DNA of 64,000 bases from Escherichia coli (GCF_048403405.1 NZ_CP183129.1); one strand, 5' to 3'. Counted from the first letter of the stretch, positions 47,169-56,200 are shown. Notes: generated by a model from the letters alone, not told the origin. Made by a program: numbers and translations.

Positions 47169-48490
47169 TGCCTAAACTTGTCACTTGGATGAACAACCAG
47201 CGGGTAGGCGAGTTAACGAAGTTAGCCAATGGCGCGCACACCTTTAAGTATGCACCGGAGTGGTTAGCCAACCGTTATGCCAGACCGTTATCACTTTCGC
47301 TGCCATTGCAGAGGGGGAATATCACCTCTGATGCTGTATTTAACTTCTTCGATAACCTGCTACCCGATAGCCCGATTGTACGTGACCGGATCGTTAAACG
47401 TTATCATGCTAAATCCAGACAACCGTTTGATTTATTGTCAGAAATAGGGCGAGATAGCGTTGGTGCCGTAACGTTATTACCCGAAAATGAAACCATAACG
47501 CGCCCGATAATGGCATGGGAACAGCTCACTGAAGCCAGGCTTGAAGAAGTATTAACGGCTTATAAAGCAGATATCCCTCTGGGCATGATTAGAGAAGAAA
47601 ATGACTTTCGCATCTCGGTTGCTGGCGCGCAGGAGAAGACAGCGCTGCTCAGAATAGGCAATGACTGGTGCATTCCGAAAGGAATAACGCCGACGACGCA
47701 CATCATTAAATTACCGATTGGCGAAATCAGGCAGCCCAATGCGACGCTCGATCTCAGCCAAAGCGTTGATAATGAGTATTACTGTCTGCTGCTGGCGAAA
47801 GAACTTGGGTTGAATGTGCCGGACGCAGAAATCATTAAAGCGGGAAATGTGCGCGCGTTAGCGGTCGAACGTTTTGACAGGCGTTGGAATGCTGAGCGAA
47901 CGGTTTTACTTCGCTTGCCACAGGAGGATATGTGTCAGACATTCGGTTTACCTTCATCGGTGAAATATGAATCAGATGGAGGCCCAGGCATCGCGCGGAT
48001 CATGGCTTTTTTGATGGGGTCCAGCGAGGCGCTGAAAGATCGCTATGATTTTATGAAGTTTCAGGTGTTCCAGTGGTTGATTGGCGCAACGGATGGCCAT
48101 GCAAAAAACTTCTCCGTATTTATTCAGGCTGGCGGCAGTTATCGACTCACGCCATTTTACGACATCATTTCAGCATTTCCGGTATTGGGTGGCGCAGGAA
48201 TACACATCAGCGATCTCAAACTAGCAATGGGGCTTAACGCATCCAAAGGCAAAAAAACGGCAATCGATAAAATTTATCCGCGACATTTTCTGGCGACAGC
48301 AAAGGTGCTGAAATTTCCGGAAGTGCAGATGCATGAAATCCTGAGTGACTTTGCCAGAATGATTCCGGCAGCACTGGATAACGTGAAGACTTCATTACCG
48401 ACAGATTTTCCGGAGAACGTGGTGACGGCAGTTGAAACCAATGTGTTGAGGTTGCACGGCCGGTTAAGCCGAGAATACGGTATTAAGTAA
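47168..48490 (+). CDS. hipA: HipA serine/threonine kinase toxin
   Basis: 440 aa from MPKLVTWMNNQRVGELTKLANGAHTFKYAPEWL...; the ORF track began 19 codons upstream. Confidence 0.95.
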   Translation: MPKLVTWMNNQRVGELTKLANGAHTFKYAPEWLANRYARPLSLSLPLQRGNITSDAVFNFFDNLLPDSPIVRDRIVKRYHAKSRQPFDLLSEIGRDSVGAVTLLPENETITRPIMAWEQLTEARLEEVLTAYKADIPLGMIREENDFRISVAGAQEKTALLRIGNDWCIPKGITPTTHIIKLPIGEIRQPNATLDLSQSVDNEYYCLLLAKELGLNVPDAEIIKAGNVRALAVERFDRRWNAERTVLLRLPQEDMCQTFGLPSSVKYESDGGPGIARIMAFLMGSSEALKDRYDFMKFQVFQWLIGATDGHAKNFSVFIQAGGSYRLTPFYDIISAFPVLGGAGIHISDLKLAMGLNASKGKKTAIDKIYPRHFLATAKVLKFPEVQMHEILSDFARMIPAALDNVKTSLPTDFPENVVTAVETNVLRLHGRLSREYGIK

Positions 48491-48888
48491 GATATGGGGT
48501 TTTGGTCGTTGTTAATGAGCAGGACAATCATGACCGCCAACGACTGGATTCTCCCTTGGTTTATGTTGGTGCGCATAATGTATATTATGTTAAATGTGGT
48601 GGGTTTGTTCTTAAGTTCATGTGTTCCGCTCTTTCAGTAGCTTAACTGATGAATCAGTCAGCAGCTCTTGCCGTGCAAGCTACGCGGCGGTTCGTACCAG
48701 ATTGGCCACCTCCATCTCCTGGTTCGCTTTCCCCTCCCCCCGGTAAACCTCACCCAACGTTAATTAATGATGTCAGTATGTGGGCGCTATCCTCGTATGT
48801 AAAATCCACTGACGATTACGCCCATCTGTGAAAAAAAACTCACAATGCCATTCGATGCATCTCCATACTGAACGAGGCGTTATCGTCT

Positions 48889-49436
48889 TTATCGCCCCGT
48901 AGTGGATATCAGAAAATCAATCAGGGCCTTCACTCTTTTCGTTTTACCCGCGTTTTTGGGGTAATAGAGATACACTGGCGGGTAGGTTTTCCAGTAGCTC
49001 TCCATCACCGGAATAAAACGCTCCCTGTCCGGCTGTAACTGCCAGACAGGCTCAAACTTTCTAACTGTATACCCGGATATTGCTGACAGAATTCTGCCAT
49101 CGCAGGCTTAAGAATTAACAGGTAGGCAAAACGCGAGAGCGTAATTCGCACCATCCCAGAGGGCTCCTGATGCTGGTCGCGAATGCTTTCAAGTGAGTTT
49201 TCCAGCGACTCCACCGCCGCAGCGGTCTGTTCCAGCAATAATTGACCGGTTTCCGTCAGCTCTATACGGCGGGTCGTACGCACAAAAAGCGGATGGCCGA
49301 TATACTCTTCCAGCAGCTTTAGTGCATTGCTGACGGAGGGAGGCGTAATTTCCAGTTTCCTTGCGGCTGCCGAAATATTGCCCTCCCGCGCAATGCTCTG
49401 GAAGATGCGAATCTGGTTATAAAGAGCGTTATTCAT
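48889..49436 (-). pseudogene. LysR-family regulator, frameshifted and internally shortened
   Basis: N-terminal 143-aa ORF (49005-49436) has the LysR HTH (ISAAARKLEITPPSVSNALKLLEE) and stops prematurely; a second frame (48889 to about 49075) encodes a LysR-like C-terminus (...KTKRVKALIDFLISTTGR*). Total is about 180 codons against about 300 expected. Confidence 0.55.
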
Positions 49437-49571
49437 AATGTTTTCCTAAGCAATTCTCGCCTGATTATTAAGTACAGTCTAAAAATGCTTAAGTCAATGA
49501 CCCTCTAATCTTCCTGAAATACGCCTCTTATACTTTAGTCTCTTTCTACTACGACCTGAGTTCAGGAGACT

Positions 49572-49883
49572 ATGATGCGAATTTTATGTCTGGATATCCC
49601 TGCCCCTGGAGCATCGCTGGAGAAATATGCTCCGCACCTCAACGCTGAAGCGCTGCACGCCTGGGGATTGTATAAATCAGGCTTCATCCGCGACATCTAC
49701 TTCCGTCAGGACAGACCTGGCGTCGCTATTTTTCTTGAATGTGACTCTGTCGATGAAGCGATGAACGTTATGGCCGAATTCCCGTTGGCAAAAGCAGGCT
49801 TACTAAGCTTCGAGTGTATACCGCTTGGCTCCTTTATTAACTGGGAAAATCTCTTCGCCGATGAATTTAAAAATAAAGAGTGA
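49572..49883 (+). CDS. Small dimeric alpha+beta-barrel protein, muconolactone isomerase-like
   Basis: 103-aa ORF; the pattern R(P)GV-x-FLECDSVDEAMNVMAEFPL resembles the MLI family core (...VFDV-SxEAxH-x-LxxLPL...); AGGAG Shine-Dalgarno upstream. Confidence 0.55.
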   Translation: MMRILCLDIPAPGASLEKYAPHLNAEALHAWGLYKSGFIRDIYFRQDRPGVAIFLECDSVDEAMNVMAEFPLAKAGLLSFECIPLGSFINWENLFADEFKNKE

Positions 49884-49891
49884 GGACCGAT

Positions 49892-50581
49892 ATGAAACCT
49901 GCATATAAACCAGTGCTATGTGTCGTTTCCAGCCATCCGATTAAAGGCGCATCCGGTGTACCAACCGGTTTTTTCCTGGCCGAGCTGACTCATCCGCTGA
50001 AAGTACTGGAAGATGCCGGAATAAAAACAACAATAGCCAGTATTCGCGGGGGGCAGCCACCGGTGGATGGATTTGACCTCAGCGACCCTGTTAACGCCTG
50101 GTACTGGAACGAAACCGATTTTCAGCAGCGCCTGGCAACAACACCTGCGTTATCCGAGCTGAAAGGTGCCGATTACAGCGCAGTTTTCTTTGCAGGTGGT
50201 CATGGGACCATGTGGGATTTCCGTGATAATCAGGATGCCCAGCGTATTATCCGCGAAGTGTATGAAAGTGATGGGATTGTCTCAGCCGTCTGCCACGGGC
50301 CTGCGGCATTGGTTGACGCAAAACTCAGTAGCGGCGAATACCTGATAAAAGGGAAAAATGTGGCGGCCTTTACCAACAAGGAAGAGGAAGAAGTTCACAC
50401 AACAGATGTGGTTCCCTTCCTGCTTGAAACCGCACTTCGCGAGCATGGTGCGCTTTATCATGAAGCTCCAAACTGGTCTGAAAACGTGGTTACCGACGAT
50501 CGCCTTATCACGGGGCAGAATCCCGCTTCAGCACATGGGGTTGGTGTGGCGCTGTTAAATGCACTCCGCCGGACAGCTTAA
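49892..50581 (+). CDS. DJ-1/PfpI-family (class I glutamine amidotransferase-like) protein
   Basis: About 229 aa from MKPAYKPVLCVVSS...; conserved nucleophile-elbow Cys context (AVCHGPAAL); GAGGA Shine-Dalgarno before the ATG at 49892; 8 nt after the previous stop. Confidence 0.8.
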   Translation: MKPAYKPVLCVVSSHPIKGASGVPTGFFLAELTHPLKVLEDAGIKTTIASIRGGQPPVDGFDLSDPVNAWYWNETDFQQRLATTPALSELKGADYSAVFFAGGHGTMWDFRDNQDAQRIIREVYESDGIVSAVCHGPAALVDAKLSSGEYLIKGKNVAAFTNKEEEEVHTTDVVPFLLETALREHGALYHEAPNWSENVVTDDRLITGQNPASAHGVGVALLNALRRTA

Positions 50582-50654
50582 TTAATTCATCGTTACTCAC
50601 CTTACTTGGCCGGTTTAAGTCAGCCACGATCCGGCCTTTTTTCAGGAGCTGAAT

Positions 50655-51602
50655 ATGAAAACACTACCTCCAGTCGCACTAGGTACATGGTCCTGGGGCA
50701 CAGGCTTTGCCGGCGGCGACACCGTCTTTGGTAATCATCTTTCTGATACTCAGATGGCAGAAGTGTTCACTGCGGCCATGAGTAAGGGCCTCAATCTCTG
50801 GGATACCGCAGCAGTATATGGTATGGGGAGTTCCGAGACTGCGCTGGGAGCATTAGTCCGTCAGTTTCCCCGCGAGAACATAATTTTATCCACCAAATTC
50901 ACGCCGCAGATTGCGGACAAGCAGTCTGCGCAGCCTGTCAGCGATATGCTTGAGGCCAGCCTTGGGCGCCTGGGCGTGGACGCGATTGATATCTACTGGA
51001 TCCATAATCCCCTCGACGTCGAAAAATGGACACCAGGACTGATCCCACTTTTACAAAGCGGTAAGGTAAAACGCGTAGGTGTTTCCAACCACAATCTGGC
51101 ACAAATCAGACGCGCCAATGAAATCCTTAACGCTTCCGGTTATTCCCTCAGTGCAGTACAAAATCACTACAGCCTGCTCTATCGCGCTTCTGAAGAGGCC
51201 GGGATCCTTGATTATTGCCGACAAAATAACATCACGTTCTTTGCTTACATGGTCCTGGAGCAAGGCGCGCTCAGTGGTCGTTATGATTCAAATCATCCCA
51301 TGCCTGCCGGGAGTGGCCGGGCCGAAAGTTATAACGCAGTACTGCCGCAGATAGAAAGACTAACCGCCGCCATGAAAAAAATGGGAGCCGAAAGGAATGC
51401 CAGCGTGGCACAGATAGCCATCGCATGGGCTATTGCGAAAGGTACCCTTCCCCTCGTTGGTGCGACTAAAGTCCATCACGTTCTGGACGCCGCCTGCGCT
51501 TCAGACATCCAGTTACGCGATGAGGAAATCATCCTGCTGGAACAACTCGCCGCAGAGACCAGAGTGGATACACGAGGCGCCTGGGAAAAACCGATGGTGT
51601 AA
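50655..51602 (+). CDS. Aldo/keto reductase
   Basis: 315-aa ORF with AKR fold features (WDTAAVYG, IDIYWIHNP, GVSNH). Confidence 0.85.
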   Translation: MKTLPPVALGTWSWGTGFAGGDTVFGNHLSDTQMAEVFTAAMSKGLNLWDTAAVYGMGSSETALGALVRQFPRENIILSTKFTPQIADKQSAQPVSDMLEASLGRLGVDAIDIYWIHNPLDVEKWTPGLIPLLQSGKVKRVGVSNHNLAQIRRANEILNASGYSLSAVQNHYSLLYRASEEAGILDYCRQNNITFFAYMVLEQGALSGRYDSNHPMPAGSGRAESYNAVLPQIERLTAAMKKMGAERNASVAQIAIAWAIAKGTLPLVGATKVHHVLDAACASDIQLRDEEIILLEQLAAETRVDTRGAWEKPMV

Positions 51603-51704
51603 AGCCCGTCCGGAACAGACTGTCATGAATGACACACACGAACGGGCTGTTCCGGGTGATTCTAATCTGTATCACTTTTACTGCTTTGTATGAATGGTGA
51701 GAAT

Positions 51705-52381
51705 ATGAAAATCATTTGCCTCGAAGAACATTATCTCGACAGCGAGTTAGGGCGAGCGTGTATGCCTGTTGCGCTTGAGCAGGCACCTTTCCTTGGCGAC
51801 TGGGGGAAAACCGTCGCTGATGGTCATAATCCTGACCGACTCCCTGCTTTCCCGCTTTAATAAACTGAATGTGCCACTCTATCTTCATCCCGGGTTACCG
51901 CTTAAAAGCGTACAGCAGGCCTACTTCACGGGCTTCAGCGCAGAGGTCAACGCCAGGCTTTCTATGTTTGCCTGGGGCTGGCATCACGAAGCGGGGATCC
52001 ATTTGTTGCGGCTGATGTTATCGGGCGCATTTGATAAATATCCCAACCTGCAGGTAATCAGTGGCCACTGGGGGGAGATGTTACCCTTCTGGCTCCAGCG
52101 TCTTGATGACAGCCTACCACTGGCTGCAACGGGTCTGTCACGCACGCTAACGAGAACCTTCCAGGAACACGTTTACGTTACCCCGTCATATGCTAACACT
52201 GCCGCACTTCCAGTTTATCTACGCGTTAATGGGTGCTGAAAGGATCCTGTTCTCCGTCGATTATCCCTATCAGACCCTGGACGGTGTAAAAACCTTTATA
52301 GACAGTCTGCCCGTCAACAAGGCTGAAAAAGAGGCCATCGCGTTTCGCAATGCAGAACGTTTACTGGGCATCACGGTTTAG
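51705..52381 (+). pseudogene. Amidohydrolase-2 (ACMSD/LigW-like metal-dependent hydrolase/decarboxylase) with at least two frameshifts
   Basis: Three consecutive fragments in different frames: MKIICLEEHY... (51705 to about 51860), ...ISGHWGEMLPFWLQRLDD... (track ORF 51769-52239) and ...FSVDYPYQTLDGVKTFIDSLPVNKAEKEAIAFRNAERLLGI (52190-52381). Confidence 0.5.
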
Positions 52382-52531
52382 TTCACCGTTTCATGATGAT
52401 TGAGCACATTGTGATCAGCCGACAATTATTAGTTTTTGCCTAAAAGTGAATGAGCCTTTACTGCTCTAAAAAAATAATGTTGTCACTCTATACTGGATTT
52501 AATATTCACCAAAGATGTTTAACTGATTGAA

Positions 52532-53104
52532 ATGAAAAATATCCTTGTTATTTCAGGTCATCCTGAGCTTACCCATTCCGTCGCCAATGCCACTATTCTT
52601 GATGAAGTGGAGACCGCCCTTCCCGATGTTGAGATTCGTCGTCTGGACAGGCTCTATCCGGATGGCAAATTCAACATCGCGGCGGAGCAGGAAAGCCTGC
52701 TCAGGGCCGATGTGATTGTCTGGCAGTTCCCTTTTTCCTGGTATGGGCTGCCAGGATTAATGAAAAAATGGCTGGACGAGGTCTTTGTTCACGGCTTCGC
52801 GCATGGCTCAACGGCGAAACTGGGCGGTAAAAAGCTGATCCTCTCCTTTACAACGGGAGCGCCAGAGGAGCTCTATACCGTCGACAGTTTCTTTGGCCAT
52901 ACCATTGAAGAGTATCTAATTCCGTTCGAGACCACAGCAAAACTGTGCAATCTTGAGCTGCTGGAGCCGGTTTATACCTGCGGTATCAGCTATGCCGATC
53001 GGGATGCCGACAAACTCGCGCAGCAAAAAACGCTTGCCTGGGAACACGCTTCAAGGCTTGTCGATCTGCTCAATTCCGTCGTGAATAATCCAGAGGGAGA
53101 ATAA
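52532..53104 (+). CDS. Flavodoxin-like-fold NAD(P)H:quinone oxidoreductase (KefF/KefG/YwrO-like)
   Basis: 190 aa; N-terminus MKNILVISGHPELTHSVANATIL... and the FPFSWYGLPGLMKKWLDEVF block resemble KefG-type quinone reductases. Confidence 0.75.
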   Translation: MKNILVISGHPELTHSVANATILDEVETALPDVEIRRLDRLYPDGKFNIAAEQESLLRADVIVWQFPFSWYGLPGLMKKWLDEVFVHGFAHGSTAKLGGKKLILSFTTGAPEELYTVDSFFGHTIEEYLIPFETTAKLCNLELLEPVYTCGISYADRDADKLAQQKTLAWEHASRLVDLLNSVVNNPEGE

Positions 53105-53106
53105 CA

Positions 53107-54126
53107 ATGCAGTATACCCGGCTCGGTAAAAGTAACTTACTTGTTTCCCGCATCTGCATGGGATGCATGGGGTTTGGCGATCCGTCGACGGGTCAGCATA
53201 GCTGGACGCTGGACGAAACAGCAAGCCGCGACATCATTCGCTATGGCCTTGAAAAGGGCATCAACTTTTACGATACCGCTATAGCCTACCAGAATGGCTC
53301 CAGTGAGCGATACGTTGGCCGGGCATTACGGGAGATGGCGAAACGCGATGATATCGTCCTGGCCACCAAGTTTCTGCCGCGAACCCCCGCACAAATTGCC
53401 GGAGGGATCAGCGGAAAAGAGGCAATCGCTCAATCCCTTGACCAGAGCCTGAAGAATCTGGGGATGGACTATATCGACCTCTACATCTACCACATCTGGG
53501 ATTACAACACGCCCATTATCGACGTGCTTGAAGCGTTATATGCCGCTGTTACTGCTGGCAAAGTACGAGCTGTTGGTATTTCAAACTGCTATGCCTGGCA
53601 GCTGGCGAAGGCGAACGCCCTTGCTGAACGCGAAGGGCTGACGCCCTTTGTTTCCGTACAGAGCCACTACAATCTAATTATGCGCGAAGATGAACGGGAG
53701 CTCTTCGGCCTGTGCACTGAGGATAATATCGCAATGACCCCCTATAGCGCGCTGGCCAGCGGCCGCCTCTCTCGTAAAGAAGGCTATACACGGCGAGCCA
53801 CAGAGGATGACTATGCGCGTGGAAAATATGACAGCACGGCTGAACAGGATCGCAGCATTATTGAGCGTGTAGCCGAACTGGCCGAACGCCATCTGGTGTC
53901 AATGACGGAAATATCTCTCGCTTGGCTGCTGACAAAAGTCACATCACCTGTCGTAGGGGCTACAAAAAAAGCTCATGTCGATGGCGCGGTAAACGCAGTA
54001 AATCTTCAACTAAGTCCGGAGGAAATTCAGTTTCTGGAAGAAACCTACCAGCCGCATGTTCTGACGGGGATCATGGCGCAAAATACGCCGCAAACGAAAG
54101 ATGTTAAGCAGGTCTGGATGCGATAG
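53107..54126 (+). CDS. Aldo/keto reductase (Tas/YdjG-like)
   Basis: 339 aa; AKR motifs (FYDTAIAYQNG, IDLYIYHIWD, GISNC); starts 3 nt after the preceding gene, so probably co-transcribed. Confidence 0.85.
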   Translation: MQYTRLGKSNLLVSRICMGCMGFGDPSTGQHSWTLDETASRDIIRYGLEKGINFYDTAIAYQNGSSERYVGRALREMAKRDDIVLATKFLPRTPAQIAGGISGKEAIAQSLDQSLKNLGMDYIDLYIYHIWDYNTPIIDVLEALYAAVTAGKVRAVGISNCYAWQLAKANALAEREGLTPFVSVQSHYNLIMREDERELFGLCTEDNIAMTPYSALASGRLSRKEGYTRRATEDDYARGKYDSTAEQDRSIIERVAELAERHLVSMTEISLAWLLTKVTSPVVGATKKAHVDGAVNAVNLQLSPEEIQFLEETYQPHVLTGIMAQNTPQTKDVKQVWMR

Positions 54127-54241
54127 CCCTTATTCACTTTTCCTCCTCTCGTCTTTGAGAGCGCCAGTAGCGGTCGGTTACGTTCTTACCAGCACCAGTT
54201 GATCGAACGTCTTAAACAGTAACGTCAGTAAAAAGATCATC

Positions 54242-54967
54242 GTGAAAAAGACTTTTATGCTTTTAATTTGCATGCTAATAAGCAGCCCTGTCTTTGCAAC
54301 AAAACCGGACGCGCCGAATAAGCCGGAGATGAATATCTTCGAGCTCGGCATCAGACCCGATCGGGACAACGACTTTGCAGACGTGGCCAGACAGACGATT
54401 TCCGCTTCGGTTGATCATGAAGCAGGTACACTGGCGATGTATGCCCTGCAACGCAGCGACAATTCAGGTCAGGCATTCATGTTCGAACTCTATGAAAATG
54501 AGCGTGCTTATCGCAAACATCTCAATGCCGCCCCATACAAAGCATTCGCTGCTCGTGCAGCTGACATTATTGACAGGAAGAAGAAAATTACCCTGGAGCC
54601 ACAGTTTCTGGGCGACAAACACATCATACCGAATGAACGAACTATCAATAATCTGGTGATCGTCGAAGTAAAGCCTGAATTTCAGAGCGAATTTAGAAAC
54701 ATCGTCCTTCCTGAAATGGTCGAGTCGCTCAAAGTAGAGAAAGGCGTGTTAGCCATGTATGCCGGTACAGATTCAGAGACTCCAAAACGCTGGTATTTCT
54801 ATGAGATTTACGCCAGTGAGGAGGATTATCAACTGCACCGACAAACGCTGCACTTCCTGGAATACCTCAGGCAAACGGCGCATATGAGCGCCAGGAAGGA
54901 CGCAATCCCGGTAAAACCGGTATTTCTTCGTAACAAAGGCGGAATCAAACAGGAGCCGCAACGTTGA
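54242..54967 (+). CDS. Secreted protein with tandem ABM (antibiotic-biosynthesis-monooxygenase-like) domains
   Basis: 241 aa; N-terminal signal peptide (MLLICMLISSPVFA|TKPD); two repeats of an ABM-like ferredoxin fold (LAMYALQRSDN...FMFELYENERAYRKH and LAMYAGTDSETP...YFYEIYASEEDYQLH). Confidence 0.65.
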   Translation: MKKTFMLLICMLISSPVFATKPDAPNKPEMNIFELGIRPDRDNDFADVARQTISASVDHEAGTLAMYALQRSDNSGQAFMFELYENERAYRKHLNAAPYKAFAARAADIIDRKKKITLEPQFLGDKHIIPNERTINNLVIVEVKPEFQSEFRNIVLPEMVESLKVEKGVLAMYAGTDSETPKRWYFYEIYASEEDYQLHRQTLHFLEYLRQTAHMSARKDAIPVKPVFLRNKGGIKQEPQR

Positions 54968-54982
54968 CCAGTAAGGATTAAC

Positions 54983-55786
54983 ATGAAAAGCGTACTTGCA
55001 GCAGCGGCTATGTCGCTTGTTATTTCTGATTTTGCCAATGCTGAGGAAACAAGAGGTAAAGCTATGATGAAAATAGAACCGTCAGCGATTTCGGAAGCTG
55101 ATATTCGTTCCGTCTCACCGGCTCTCGCGCGCTTTGGTCGCGAAGCTATTACTGAAGATCTGTGGACACGCGACGCCCTCTCACCGAGGGATCGTAGTGT
55201 GGTGACCGTCGCCATGCTGATTGCCCGCAACCAGCCTGCCGAGCTTAAGCACTATATTGACGTCGCTCTCGATAGCGGCGTGACGCCAGCGGAATTATCA
55301 GAAATCATTACCCATCTGGCGTTCTACTCAGGTTGGCCAAATGCAATGTCAGCCGTCAGCGTGACCAAAGCAGTATTTGAAACTCGTGGCGTCACGCCAG
55401 ATGCGCTTCCTGACACTTCTCCGGACCTGCTTCCTCTCAATCAGGAAGCAGAAAAGCAGCGTTCAGAGACAGTGGAAAAAAATGTTGGCCGAATATCTCC
55501 AGGCTTGGTTAAATTTACTGCTGACCCACTGTTCCTGGATCTCTGGCAAAGACCCGCGCTAACCCCCCGTGATAGAAGCCTGATTACGGTCAGCGCGTTA
55601 ATCGCATCTGGACAGAGCGCGCAGATTGGCTATCACCTTAACAGAGCGATGGATAATGGACTTTCTGCTGAGGAAGCTGGGGAGATCGTTACCCAAGCCG
55701 CGTTTTACGCTGGCTGGCCAAACGCATTTACCGCTGCTCCGGTTGTGGGAGAGGTGCTAAACAATCGATCATCGAGTAAAAGGTAA
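54983..55786 (+). CDS. Secreted protein with tandem carboxymuconolactone-decarboxylase (CMD/AhpD-like) domains
   Basis: 267 aa; signal peptide (MKSVLAAAAMSLVISDFANA); two CMD-like repeats (LSPRDRSVVTVAMLIARNQ...HLAFYSGWPNA and LTPRDRSLITVSALIASGQ...QAAFYAGWPNA). Confidence 0.7.
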   Translation: MKSVLAAAAMSLVISDFANAEETRGKAMMKIEPSAISEADIRSVSPALARFGREAITEDLWTRDALSPRDRSVVTVAMLIARNQPAELKHYIDVALDSGVTPAELSEIITHLAFYSGWPNAMSAVSVTKAVFETRGVTPDALPDTSPDLLPLNQEAEKQRSETVEKNVGRISPGLVKFTADPLFLDLWQRPALTPRDRSLITVSALIASGQSAQIGYHLNRAMDNGLSAEEAGEIVTQAAFYAGWPNAFTAAPVVGEVLNNRSSSKR

Positions 55787-56200
55787 CATTACTGAACACT
55801 AAAACCTGACGCACATCACAACATTAGAACGAACAGTTCATGAACCAATAAGCGTAACATCGAGTGATTTATGGACAGCGTTTAACACAGTTATGAACCA
55901 AAACTGAGTTCATAACTGTGAGTTTGAATCGCCATTTGATTAATATCCATTTAAAACAGTTTGTTATGCTGTTTCTGGTGCTGAAGTCAATTATGTATAT
56001 CCCTCAAACCCAGAATAGTTAAATGGAATTTGAGTGATGCGAAGCGATTTTCCAGTCGTCGTTATTACTTCAGGGTTCCAGAACATAAAGCCTCTCCTCT
56101 TTCATGATTGGCCTGTGCATACCGGATATAGGCTGGCTGGTATGCAGGTTTGCCGTTTGCCGCATCTTCCCTGCGTTGAAGAGTCAGGCTGGCAAACCGC

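Noticed and set aside
48649-48831. 60-aa Pro-rich ORF downstream of hipA
   Set aside because: Low-complexity (PPSPGSLSPPPGKP) with no Shine-Dalgarno; more likely a chance ORF than a gene.
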